Counted from the whole stretch's first letter, positions 25,650 through 37,359 are shown. The stretch is DNA of 63,998 nt, filler included, from Asterionella formosa (GCA_002256025.1; 18 parts of 18 records of this genome joined end to end with filler, not necessarily neighbours in it), one strand, 5' to 3'. Numbers and translations are program-made. The notes: generated by a model not told the origin, from the sequence alone.

Positions 25650-27010
25650 ATGACCAAAATTACACATCACAACGATGACAACGGCGATGACGAATTTAAC
25701 TACAGTCATGACAGTAGTCCTACCTGTCAAGACCGGTTGATTGTAGAGTCGCCTGTGGAGGGATGTGAGGATCGCATCTTATGAGAATACTGCGATTTTG
25801 ATGCACCGAATGTCAGTGCTGGCCCGATGGGATGAAGTCGAAGAGTTGGTGGAAAAGTTCTTGGAAGGTGAATCCATTTTCAGCAGATTGAAGGATGAAG
25901 ACATAACGGCATCAAGAGCCCGCAATCTTCTATACCAGTTTTTAATCAGAGTTTTCTGTGGTCCATTGGGAAAAGGTGTTCGGATGGTGCAAATTCCTGT
26001 CTGTTGTTTGAAGGGGGTTCGATCCCTTTTGAAGAACAAGGACACAAACGAAGAGTACACTGGCTTCAAATCTGTTTCTAAACGCTCTAAATCTAGTAGT
26101 GAAATTGAAGCAAAAGACTTTTCAATCAACCAACAGTTTATTTTGGGTCGTCACGAGGCGGGATTGGGACCTGGCGATGCAGACATCATTTGTTCTGCAA
26201 TGAACTTACCGATTCCAGTTGGGTACTGGTCAACGCAAGGAAACTTCTGTGCTGTTGAGGAGCTTGTTGGGAAAGCCCAACTGGAAACAACAGCTCTTGC
26301 GATGCAAGAGGGATGTGATGCAGAAATATACCAGACACTCAATGTGCAGGAACGAGTTGATTGGGCAGACAAAGGCCGTGATTTCCAGTGGTGGAAGTCA
26401 CTATCTGGTACTGAACGTGTGGCTGTGCAGAATATGCCACGCCTGACAGTTAGTTAAGATATGGGCTGGCAACAGCAATCAAGTGGAAATAAGTACAACT
26501 CCATAAGTGGGCATGCATTCTGAATCGGTGGCTAGTACACAAGAAAGATACTAGACCATCGAGTAAAATGAAAGTCTATACTGTGTGCGACAGGGCTATA
26601 CGGTACAAGAAACCTATCAAGCATCATGTTTGCTCCAAGAATCACATAGCTAACTGGAAGTTCGAAGGCAATGGAACCAGATGTGGGTGTAGAAATGATG
26701 GTTGATGCCATTTCTAAATACAATGTTATCTATTCTGTAATCATCGTCTGTGATGATGATTCTTCAATTCGAGCTGTCTCAAAATGGTCCTATAAGGATT
26801 AATTAATTCTACAGCCTGCATTTGAATGGCCAGAAAATGAAAAAAAACCTGACAAAGGTTGCCTTCCACTACATATCCCAGAAACGCGATTCCATTCTGA
26901 TCCATCGCACCAGGTCCGCATACTTCTCCGCCCAGCCTTATTAAAACCCAATGGCCCGGTCTCCCTCGATTGTCCATCAAAAGCAGATTGTCTTCGCTTG
27001 AAAATATATT
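25650..27010 (+). mobile_element. Degenerate Mutator-like/Kolobok-type DDE transposase with an N-terminal P2X7-ballast-like domain
   Basis: After the 25765-26457 ORF the reading continues through stops and frameshifts: DMGWQQQSSGNKYNSISGHAF.IGG..RKILD, H.C..N....SSKAMEPD, IVCDDDSS, DPSH. This is the DGxWQxR..S..G / GSSxxME / DGDS transposase pattern. Confidence 0.8.
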
Positions 27011-27120
27011 ATGGAGCATGGATTAAAAAAACCGGAACCTATCATTTTTTTGGATGACAATAGCTCCACGTTGGCCGGGTCTGAAGGCGATTTAGATTCA
27101 TAGGTAACTTCAAATAGCAT

Positions 27121-27279
27121 CAGTATATAACTTCCGGCGAGAAACTGCAGAAAAGAACTTCGGTTTTTTACTATGCCAAATAAAGTGATTTCCCCCAAAA
27201 TTTCCAGTCTTTATAGCATACCGGTAGTTAAAAAACCGAAGTTCCTTTCCACAGTTTCTTGCCAGATCCTATATCCTGA
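27121..27279. repeat. Inverted repeat (arms 27121-27176 and 27217-27279)
   Basis: GGCGAGAAACTGCAGAAAAGAACTTCGGTTTTTTA pairs with TAAAAAACCGAAGTTCCTTTCCACAGTTTCTTGCC. Confidence 0.8.
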
Positions 27280-28358
27280 CAATATATGGCGTTGAACTAC
27301 CCCTAATTTTGTCAATGGCTGTATTAAAGCATATGGAAAGGGCGTATATTGGTGAAAGCTCCGTTAGCGATATACATTTATGTTTTAGTCGCACGAAGTG
27401 TGTGTTTGAGTATTCTGACTCAATATTATTTTTTAAACCCTACCTCTAAACTAGGGTTGAAATGCAGGAACCTTAAACCTTAATAAAGGGTTTATCAAAA
27501 AGAGGGGGACGAAATATCGTTTTCAGCAGCAAACTCCCTGTTCCATGCCGTTTTTACAACCCTAGCGACGTTTTCTCCAAACTAGGGTTAAGCTGAGGGC
27601 CGCAACCTCAAGGGTTTTTCAAAAAGAGGGAACGAAATATCGAAATAGGGGGACGAAATATCTTTTTCATATGTATATACCGTATTATTTGATTAATGAC
27701 TAATTAGCAACGTGCTGATTTTGTTTCTGTGCGTTTCTTCATTTTTTGTTCAATTGAATTTGAGGTCGTCTGCAAGGCATCGGCAAAAATCGATCGAAGG
27801 AAGGGATCGAACTAGTTTAGTCCCTCACCAAAAGTAAATTTAGGCAGAAGCTCATACACATGCGCCCGACATTTTCCTGCCAGTCACCGAGATGAAGATG
27901 ATTCGAAGAAACTCCAAGCTGTCTGATTCATCCTCTTGTGGAGTTTGGAATGTCGCCCAAACCAGGACGACCAATGAACTCATACATCTCTGATGCCACG
28001 CGAGTCTACGGTACGTACAACGCTACGTATTTTTGAAAATTGATCGATTCCTTCTCTCAATCTGAGCTGGTGCAGACTGAATCTTTTTGAAGCATGAACT
28101 ATGTGTGAAAACTCATTTCAATTGACACGAAAGATCTCCTCCCTACAGAATGCTGATGATGGCAGCAATTTTTTGATCCTGCAGGGTCTGCTGACACATT
28201 TGATCAACCTGAAACTCTGTAGAAATTCGAAGAAATTCGGTTTCCACAGACCTTCCAATCTTTCTTTAACACGCAACCGGCGAATGAATCATCAGCTCAT
28301 CGGTGCCGACGATTAATCTCACAATTTTCAAATCACTGTCAGAAAAAACCATTTCACA

Positions 28359-28475
28359 ATGCAAGCCTTTGCCATCGCTCTCTCACTCGCCTCTCTTGCA
28401 GGATCTGCCTTCGGATTCGCTCCTTCGGCTCCGCTCGCATTTACTCGCCCAGCAGGATCCCTCTGGATGGCTGGC
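28359..28475 (+). CDS. 5' end of a nucleus-encoded plastid-targeted protein (bipartite presequence), truncated by contig end
   Basis: MQAFAIALSLASLAGSAFG-FAPSAPLAFTRPAGSLWMAG: signal peptide, ASAFAP-like cleavage site with +1 Phe, then transit peptide. Not in the supplied ORF track. Confidence 0.85.
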
Positions 28476-28575
28476 NNNNNNNNNNNNNNNNNNNNNNNNN
28501 NNNNNNNNNNNNNNNNNNNTTAATTAATTAANNNNNNNNNNNNNNNNNNNNNNNNNNNNNNNNNNNNNNNNNNNN

Positions 28576-28893
28576 GTTGATTTTGTTGTAGCGAAGGCCT
28601 AGATCATATGGATCAAGAGGTGCTTTGGTGGCAGGCGGCTTAGGCGTCGGTTTGTCTTTGTCGTCCTTGAAAGGTGGCTTCACTTTGGGCGGCTCAGGTG
28701 CTTCATTGTATTCGTCGTCCTTGACAGGCGGCTTCACTTCGACGGGTGGTTGTTTGGACGACTTGGAATGCCCTTTTCCTCCTCCCTTTTTGTTTCTACC
28801 CTTGCTCTTACCAAGTGTGCGCCGAAACTGCTGCTCGGCGGCGGATGCATTTCCAAGCAAGCTGAGCAGCACAATCAACTGGAATGCTTTCAT
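28576..28893 (-). CDS. Secreted Lys/Pro-rich protein, N-terminal part (3'-truncated); possibly cell-wall associated
   Basis: Signal peptide MKAFQLIVLLSLLGNASA, RRTL (RxL) site, KSKG/KSSK Lys-Ser-Gly tract and KPP repeats. Confidence 0.75.
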
Positions 28894-30096
28894 CGTGTCT
28901 CGTGAAGGGACTACGGTAAATAAAAGGAATAGGTCCTTCAAAATCGTATGGTATGTAGTTAATGTAATTGTTTTATGGTTCAACCCTAACGGGCCAAAGA
29001 TGACGTTGAAAATGAATCAACCAACAAGAAAAGGCCAAGATCAAATAATCTCGTCGCTCATTATGGATGATAACGGACCGTTTTTGAGCGATTGTGTCTC
29101 ATCGTACATGAAGTTTCTGCATAGAAGTTAAGTGTCATTTATATTATTCGGGATGAATATAAATAGATCGCTGATCTAGTGGTTGAAAGAAAGACAAGCC
29201 AGCCAGGTCAATCCATTTAAATGATAAACATGTATGTACATACTTTATGTACTGCGTAATGTGAATATATGGACCAATTGTACCATTTCTTCGTTGTCGG
29301 CGTAGAATGCTCAAACTCCGATGTAAGAACGATAAGTTTGCGACAAAAACTTCTGGTAAATGGTACCTGGTAGTCTATGTAAAACAATCTATACCGGTGC
29401 TCTCAGACACATGTTTCCTAGATATGTGGCTGTCTGATAGGTCTTCAAGTTGTCGGGTCATGCAAACTAGTCATTACACTCTCGTGACACGCGTATTGTG
29501 ATTGTTTTTATTACAGTCCTGTGTAATATTACAAAGACTGTGTGTGCTTCGCTTTAGACCTTGTGCGTTATCAGGACTTCGTTTCCGCGGATTGCCGGTA
29601 CGTAGATATAAATATTTATACCGGAATAAATACAGAACAACATCGGACGTCAACCTCAATTTTTGGGAAATGTTTTTGTATCGGATACACGGTAGCCATC
29701 TTCGTTACTGTGCGTATTCTCACCATCTCAGATACTTGTGGAACACGATATGACATGGATTTATCATGTAAAATTTCAATCATGGTGAGCATGTTAAAAT
29801 ATATATGCAGCGTCGATTTTTATCCAAAAGGCTCGTCGACTGGTGTTGGAAAATCTTCTGCTTGCTTGGGTCAACTCCTCCAGCCTTGTCTTCAGTTCAG
29901 CTCCTGATTTCCCCAAGGTTGAATAGATTGTCTTTCTTTATTTTGGTCGACCTATAATTGTGGTGCATTTTCAACCGCACACCCCCACACAGACAGTTTA
30001 GATCGATAATCACATCGCCCTTTACAATAAATAGCTAGGTAGTACAGTCCCAGCATGCAAACATGGATTAAATATCTCCTTATATTCTTACTGATC

Positions 30097-32037
30097 CTAC
30101 CTAAATTCAAAGGGAGCAGTGATTTCAGTATCAGCAAGAACAGCCTTAATTTCTTCGGAAGCTGCAATAACCTTGTCCTTATGCTGGTTACAAACACGGG
30201 AGAGCTCGTTGGGGTTTCCAAAGTTGTAGTCATTCTTGTTGATAATGATAGGCACTCCACGGCTCATGTCATTCTGGAGGAGATAGCGATTGAGAAGAGA
30301 CTCGACAAGCAATTCAGGAGACTCCTCGCTATCACTCTGAAGGAGCCTGCGTTGATACTTCCTAGTAGGCATTGGAGTCGGTGGAACAGGTGCTTTGGTA
30401 GGTACTGGAGTAGGTGCTGGAGTTGGTGGTTTGGTAGGTGCTGGAGTTGGTCCTGGTGTAGGGTTTTTGGTGGGTCCTGGAGTAGGTCCTGAGGTAGGTT
30501 TATCAGTTTTCACAACAGGTACTGGAGTTGGTTTATCAGTTTTAACAACAGGCTTGACGTCGTATTTGTACTGTCCCTCCTCACTCATCTCCTTCGGCTG
30601 CTTGCCGTTAACAATATCACGTTCCAAGTCGCGGACACCGGTTTCTTCTGTGCCGTACGGAGAATCGCGATTGCTAAATCCGTCCCACGTATCGTGTTGC
30701 GCTTCTAAGCCAGAACGCTTTTCACCAGGGTCAGGCTCTTCTTGGATCGCATAACCATCACCGACACGGACAACGGAACCTGGATCGGCATGGTTCATAC
30801 CAGTCGAGATCACAGTTCCACTGAAAATCGTCTGTGTTTCGCCAACCTGAACGTTACCTGAGGCTCCCTCAGTGATGAGAGTAGCAGAGTAGGGGGAAGT
30901 CAGATTATTGACCAACAACAAACCAATTGATTCTTTGCCGATAGTACCATCAGATTTATTGATGGTGATGTTTGTTCCGACGATGGTAATGTTCTTCTCG
31001 GAAACAGGGTCGAAGATGACAGTATAAGGAGTTTCCTTCTCGTCACGAGGCAGCATCACGGTCTTCTCCTTCAAGTCGTCTTTGTCAAAAACAACGGTCC
31101 CAGCCCCATCAGAGATGATGACTCGGTCGTTCTTGGTCAGACGAGTGGAACCATCTTTAATCTCAATCTCGTATCCATCAGCAGTGACCTCAGGACAATA
31201 GACCTCCATCTCCATACCAGGAAAAGAATGACCGTTGGACGCATCTTCCATTTGAACCCTCTTTGACTTCTTAACCATTGCCGCGATACGCTTTTGCGAC
31301 GCTTCACGGAGTTTGATCTGCGCCTTGAAGATCTCTGGAGACAACGCCCTCCTGGCAAAGGAAAAGTCGGTGTCGCAATCCAAACCCAATTCGTCCATGA
31401 CCCGAAGATCCGTTCCGCGAGTACCATAGTTGAGGTTGATGGGAAGGTCATCGACTTCACGGGCCTTCACGTACACCATGTCTAAAGGAATTTCAATATG
31501 AGGGATGTGCGTATTCGGGTTCGTATCCGTGTTCGGAAGTCCCAGCGACGAAATTGACGCAAGGATTTGATCGTCTGAGATTGCGCCAGCGACAGATCGA
31601 GCCATTTTATCTTTAGTGGGTGGCTTGCCTTTGGAGTATCCCTCGTCTTTAAAGACGTCCACCATGACAAACTTGAATTGAGCTGCTGCCTTGAGCCCAT
31701 TACTAGCCAAGGGTATAACCACATCCTTACTCAAAGGTCTCTTCATATCAGGAAGTATATCAACGAGTTCGAGGCTCATACGCTGCCCGTGACCAACGTT
31801 CATGTAAAAGGCAGTAGCCTTGCCACAATTGGTAGATCCTAAGCACTCCATGATGACGGCAGAGGTGTCAAAGCCTGCTTCCAGATCTATCATCTTGGAC
31901 ATACCAGGAAAGAGACAGCTAGGAGTGGCTGGAGGACAGATGAGTTTTTTAGCAAGAATCATACGAGAGAAGGCGCCAGCGGTGGAGGCAACCATCTGAT
32001 ATTGAATTCCTTGGAGGCCGTGAAAGCCACTGTGGTG
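30097..32037 (-). CDS. Large hypothetical protein (>640 aa, 5'-truncated) with Pro/Thr-rich linker and RxL motifs
   Basis: Open frame to the contig edge with host-like codon usage. PTP/PT repeats at ~30365-30555; RRLLQ and RYLLQ motifs. Confidence 0.8.
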   Translation of the reverse strand, partial: HHSGFHGLQGIQYQMVASTAGAFSRMILAKKLICPPATPSCLFPGMSKMIDLEAGFDTSAVIMECLGSTNCGKATAFYMNVGHGQRMSLELVDILPDMKRPLSKDVVIPLASNGLKAAAQFKFVMVDVFKDEGYSKGKPPTKDKMARSVAGAISDDQILASISSLGLPNTDTNPNTHIPHIEIPLDMVYVKAREVDDLPINLNYGTRGTDLRVMDELGLDCDTDFSFARRALSPEIFKAQIKLREASQKRIAAMVKKSKRVQMEDASNGHSFPGMEMEVYCPEVTADGYEIEIKDGSTRLTKNDRVIISDGAGTVVFDKDDLKEKTVMLPRDEKETPYTVIFDPVSEKNITIVGTNITINKSDGTIGKESIGLLLVNNLTSPYSATLITEGASGNVQVGETQTIFSGTVISTGMNHADPGSVVRVGDGYAIQEEPDPGEKRSGLEAQHDTWDGFSNRDSPYGTEETGVRDLERDIVNGKQPKEMSEEGQYKYDVKPVVKTDKPTPVPVVKTDKPTSGPTPGPTKNPTPGPTPAPTKPPTPAPTPVPTKAPVPPTPMPTRKYQRRLLQSDSEESPELLVESLLNRYLLQNDMSRGVPIIINKNDYNFGNPNELSRVCNQHKDKVIAASEEIKAVLADTEITAPFEFR

Positions 32038-32603
32038 GANNNNNNNNNNNNNNNNNNNNNNNNNNNNNNNNNNNNNNNNNNNNTTAATTAATTAANNNNN
32101 NNNNNNNNNNNNNNNNNNNNNNNNNNNNNNNNNNNNNNNCTTTGGCACGATATTAGTTAGTTCATTAAGGTACATGAGAATTAGATCATTTCTTTACTTG
32201 AACATACCGGTATATTAACTGAGATCTATCCATTTTAAAAGTGACAAAAACGGTCAAAAAAATTTTATAGGCGACGGTTAGAAAATATTACATCGTTTGC
32301 ATTTTTTTCGAAGTTGTTGCATCGCTCGTTTTTAGACTGATGGTTGTAAAGATCTCGATGCGAAAAGATGAAGAGGCTACCGGTAAGCGGAGCTATGGAA
32401 AAGATAAAAGAGATGAAAATGATAAAAATGAAAATTATAAGTACTTATAAAAGCACCGAGTGTTACGCATACAAAGCAAGAGAAAGTATTGTTCTCTTGT
32501 GACTTATTTCTGATTTCGTTTGAAGTTGACAGGACTGACGTGTTCATATTTAAGTATATATATATATTTATATATGAAGTTGCCATATATATGGCGAGAA
32601 TTG

Positions 32604-35288
32604 CATAGTCCCCCCAAGGAGAGAAATGATAAATGAACCACCTTGAATATGAAAAGTAAATTAGCGCCATAACATGTGATGGCATAATTCGAGATGTTTG
32701 TGAGCAGGAAGCCATTTGGTGAATACATCAGCCAAATTAGTAGAACCAGGTTCATGGTGAACTCGTAATGTGCCGGAGGCCACAGATTCACGTACTTTGT
32801 GGTAAGCGATAGAGTTAAGTTTCTTTAGTAGGGTTGATTCGGGTTTGGTAACATTAATAACACCTAACATACGTAGTTTATAGCGCATTCCATCATTCAT
32901 TTCAGTTGCGATTTTCAATGCCACAAATTCAGAGCCAAAAGTGGATGCTTCAATCGTGTTTTGTCCTTCAATCGTGTTTTGTCGTTTGGAGTACCATTTG
33001 ATAGGTATACCGTTAAGGAATAAGATAATACCTGTTGTTATGAGGTCAGTGGCATGAGAAGCATCACAAAACATGTTGAGTTGTACAGGTAAACCTTGTG
33101 GTTTAGGAGCGTTGTAGGGAATTTGTTCATGGACGTCGCTATTGTCCAGTTCAGGATCAATAATCAGGGGATGCTGGTGCATCATGTTTAGACTTGAACA
33201 TTACCTTCAATGGGCCATATGTTTCTTCAATGATGGATATTGCGTTGGTCAAGTATTCGTTGGCAGAGATGAACCATGTCTCAGTTCCATCATCTAATTG
33301 TTATCTTCCAATGTTTGCACCAAGATATCGGCTAGGGGACCCAACATCCTTTAGCCGATATTGGAAAGGCGGTTCCGAAAATGCATTTATGGTTTTCATA
33401 GGGTCCTCTGAAATACATAGGTTGTCATCAACATAGACAAGTACGTATTCATAGTAAGCAAGACCTTTGTAGCTTGTTCCTTCATGGTACCACATATCGG
33501 GGTCAGCATAGCTTGAGGTGAAGTTAAGTTCATGCAAAGTTGCTGCAAAGTGTGCTCTCCAAGCTGCACCTGAGCTCTGAAGCCCATATAGTGCTCTCAC
33601 CACGATGGCAATCTTTCCTGCGTCTTCGCCAAATTCTGGCCCAGTCACACAATAGACTTTTTCCTCAGTCGACGCATTCAAGTATGCATTCCCAATATCT
33701 GCCATCTTAATGACCAGGTCGTTGAGGGCTGCAACAAGAAATGCTATTCGGACACTGTCACGTGATACCACAGATGAGTAAGTCAAGGAAATGGGCGGGT
33801 CGGCGCGATGTCCCCCCGCTACCAATTGTGCCTTCCTGGTGAAGTCCATTTTGATGTCGAAGATCATTCTCATTGGTATTAACTTGTGTCTAATGGGCGG
33901 GTGGGGCACTTCCTTCTTCTTTCAATTCAAAAGCCACCCTTACATTCGTCATTTCTTTCATAATGGCATCATGCCAAAGTGTGTATCCGCTTATTCTATC
34001 AAGCTCAATTGCCTCCGATACATTATCAGGTACACGTAAGCCGAACTTGTATCCAGTGCGGACCGCTCGCTTCTGGGATAATTTGATCAGGCGCTTTTGT
34101 TTGTGTAGGATGTCATGCACCCACCAATCGAAAGCCGGTTCTGTATCGATTTGGTTGGAAATTGCATAGTTGGCCACTTCTACTGGATTTGTCTCTTTGA
34201 TCTCTTTGAGGGGTAGCCATGAAGTAGTACCATCCTTCCATTCCACCTCTAAGTTCCATCCAGTGGTTGTTTTCTTCCCATAGTGGGTGCGGAATTGATC
34301 TACTTTATCTACCGCTTTCGTGTTTTTTCGATGGTTTATAATGGCAACAAAGTATCTGTGTTGTTTTCCCTCACAATCAACTTGTGAGTACAAATGTTCT
34401 GCCAGGATGTTGAAGGCAATATCTTGTTAATCACCATCTGGAAACTCTACTGTGAATATTCGTGAGTCCAGAATGGGATTGTTGTGTTTTCTTCCAATAT
34501 ACAGCCTGTCCGAGTTTCGTTTTCGTCCCAAAACCCTCGCTATCTCATTTCGATCTCCATGGGGAAGGTAAATCTGTGCATTAATGAATTCGTCTGGGAC
34601 CGATATGACCTCTGCATTCTGTATTTTTTCATCATGTGCTTCTTCATCATCCATATCATTTGAGTACAGAGGGTCCATCGTAACGTCAAGGGGTGCATTG
34701 TGAACAAGAGTTTCATCAAATGCTGAGTATAGTTCGGTGATAGCGTGGTCAAATGCTCTTCTCATGTCTGTTTCAATAGGGTCAAGGAGCTCGTCTTTGG
34801 TTAGTGTTCTAATAGTGTATCGGGCAATTACCTTGCCATTCTGCTTAAGGATATATTAGAACATCGCATGTCCTATGTTTTGTGCCACTCCTAACCAATG
34901 CCCCAGATCATTTTCTGTGCCGCCGCCTTTCACATTATGGCATTTAACCCATCCATAGAAATCAAAGTTGATGTACTCAGATATGTCAGGGGTCTCTCCT
35001 GTCATGGATTCAAGGGGAGTTCGATTTTCAACCATTGGGCGGGAAATGCATCCTTTCTCTAATTTGAGATGTATATTCCATTCCATAATCCCAGAATCGC
35101 TCAGGACAGCGGGATCGGTGCATAATACGACGGAAATGTCGCTTCAATTCTTGAATTTCCCGTTCTGCAAGATTTTGCCACAGAGAATGTGGTTCTGTTG
35201 TCCTTTGTTGGAATAAGTATTTTTTCCTGACATGTTCCCATTCACCCCTAGTTTCTTCAACTGCGTTGTCTAACAAGGAGCACAGCAA
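32604..35288 (-). mobile_element. Degenerate CoDi-type Ty1/copia pol (IN, chromo-like segment, RT, RNase H), PPT and LTR start
   Basis: TEPHSLWQNLAE, TGETPDISEY, WNLEVEWKDGTTSWLPLKEIKETNPVEVA, FDIKMDFTRKAQLVAGGH, DIGNAY, YVDD, STFGSEFVA, NLADVFTK. GGGGGGAC PPT at 32608-32615. Multiple stops and deletions. Confidence 0.93.
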
Positions 35289-36594
35289 AACCGAAATCAG
35301 GGCTTCGCAACTTTTGTTTTTCTCATCAACTCACTCTGCAATTGTTTCCCTCTTTCTACAAAAGACAATCAATCCCAGCAATGAGAATGAGCAGCCGGCT
35401 CATTTGCTATGAATTGATCTACCGGTAGTAGTAGTAACAGGGATTCCCGCAAGTACTATGAGTAGCCAAGCAATCGTGCGATTAGTTACAGCATCCAGCT
35501 GCAAGAATGAACATCCATTGCTTGTTGTATTGGTCTGAGAATTGCGATCTATAGAAAGTATCAATATAAACTATATAGCGAAGCAATTAATTTGATTGAT
35601 TTTNNNNNNNNNNNNNNNNNNNNNNNNNNNNNNNNNNNNNNNNNNNNTTAATTAATTAANNNNNNNNNNNNNNNNNNNNNNNNNNNNNNNNNNNNNNNNN
35701 NNNACCCGTACATACCGTACATAGACGAGCACTACTGGGACTGTATAGCAGCACAGTATTATATGCATTGGTGTTCTTTACGCATATGTACTGGCACTTT
35801 TCCGTTTCCTTCCTGGTTCAGAACAGTGCACATTGAAATGCTGCCGGCATTAGCCCAAAAGTGCAACGCATCCAACCACTCTCGAATTAACTGCATCATT
35901 TGTACTATATTTTGTAAGTATGACAGCAACAGTCTTATGAGAACAATTGCCTACCGGTAAGCAAGTAATGCAATGTCAAACGTACCATGCCATTTGTACC
36001 GGAACAGAATTTGATGCCATTGCTAATGTTGTGTGATGATACAATTCCACGATCATCCACCTCCCCTCCCTGGTTTATCCAAGCATCAACAAGGAACGAA
36101 GACCAGAGCTTTTATTTACTTCTATGTAGGAAAGAGTACATAGTAAAAGGGTGCGTTTTACATCAACAGTATCGCCGTCCCGGTATATAGAATCAAATCA
36201 CGGTATGCGTATAAAAACACATCTATGTATTTAATTCATATATATATATCATGTAATGTTGGAACGTAACGCTGCCCAGTCTCCTAAATACTTGATCGAA
36301 TCGAACATGGTACCATGCACACCTAGTGCGGCTTAACGATATATCATGCTCCCAACTACCAGGTACCGGTACCACCGGTATTCTGTTCCTATTAAATTAG
36401 ATACTCCGAATATAGAAGCAACACGATATTTGCTTGTATGTAAAAAATAAAGGCGCGATTTTAGAAAGTGTTCAATCTCCTACACCACAACAACCTTATT
36501 CTTCTTCAGTCGGAATCCTAGCAGCAGAGCAGCAGCAGGCAAAGATACAAACAATATTACTACATCCCCACTATCCACTTATCCATTCATCGAA

Positions 36595-37359
36595 ATGACG
36601 AATCCTTCTTTGAATCAACTTCATCACATAAATCATGGAGCTGCTCGTGGTCGTTCCGCGACTGATGATGATTTGATTCGTGCTCTGTTGGCTAGCAATT
36701 TAGAACTTCGAACGATCCTCTCGACAGTCGACACAATGGTCGCAACCAAACTCACGACCTTGGAAGAACGGTTTCATAATCGATTGTCGGCCATGGAAGA
36801 TAATTTAACACAAGTGACGCAAGAATTGAATCAATACAAAGGCATACCTGTAACTCTGCCGATGGAAACAACAACAGCCATTCCAAACCAGGAACGAAAA
36901 AGAAAAAACCCATCATTGACAGAAGACGAAGAGGAAGAAGGAGAAAACGATGGAAGCGATTCAACCAAGCATGGGTCAAGAAAATGCAATGTATGGGAAA
37001 TTTTGAAAGAGTTGCACCCCAAATTAGTCGAAGGCGAAGAATTGAATACCATTTCTATAGACAGGACAATCTTTTCCCAACCCTCGGAAGCGGCATGGTG
37101 TATGAAATTTGTGCATGTTTTTTGGACACCGCATGATAAGGCAACCATGAAAATTGCGACCTTGTCTGACAATGACTTGGAGGAAGTTACCAAATCCATT
37201 CAGGAACGTATGGTGAAGAAAATACAAGAACTTGAAGGGAAAGTAGGTAAGCAAACAGGTCGATATCAAGGATTTGCCAAGAAAGTTCGGCAATTAGAAA
37301 AAGAAGGCAAATGGAAGGCCGCAACTCGTTATGAGCAGGCAAGTTGGAATATTCGATAA
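36595..37359 (+). CDS. Hypothetical protein (254 aa) with coiled coil and basic/acidic tract
   Basis: Uninterrupted ATG-to-stop ORF with a heptad-like segment and an RKRK NLS-like motif. No family recognised. Confidence 0.55.
   Translation: MTNPSLNQLHHINHGAARGRSATDDDLIRALLASNLELRTILSTVDTMVATKLTTLEERFHNRLSAMEDNLTQVTQELNQYKGIPVTLPMETTTAIPNQERKRKNPSLTEDEEEEGENDGSDSTKHGSRKCNVWEILKELHPKLVEGEELNTISIDRTIFSQPSEAAWCMKFVHVFWTPHDKATMKIATLSDNDLEEVTKSIQERMVKKIQELEGKVGKQTGRYQGFAKKVRQLEKEGKWKAATRYEQASWNIR

Noticed and set aside
30395..30754. Gly/Val-rich plus-strand ORFs
   Set aside because: Antisense shadow of the Pro/Thr repeat in the minus-strand gene.
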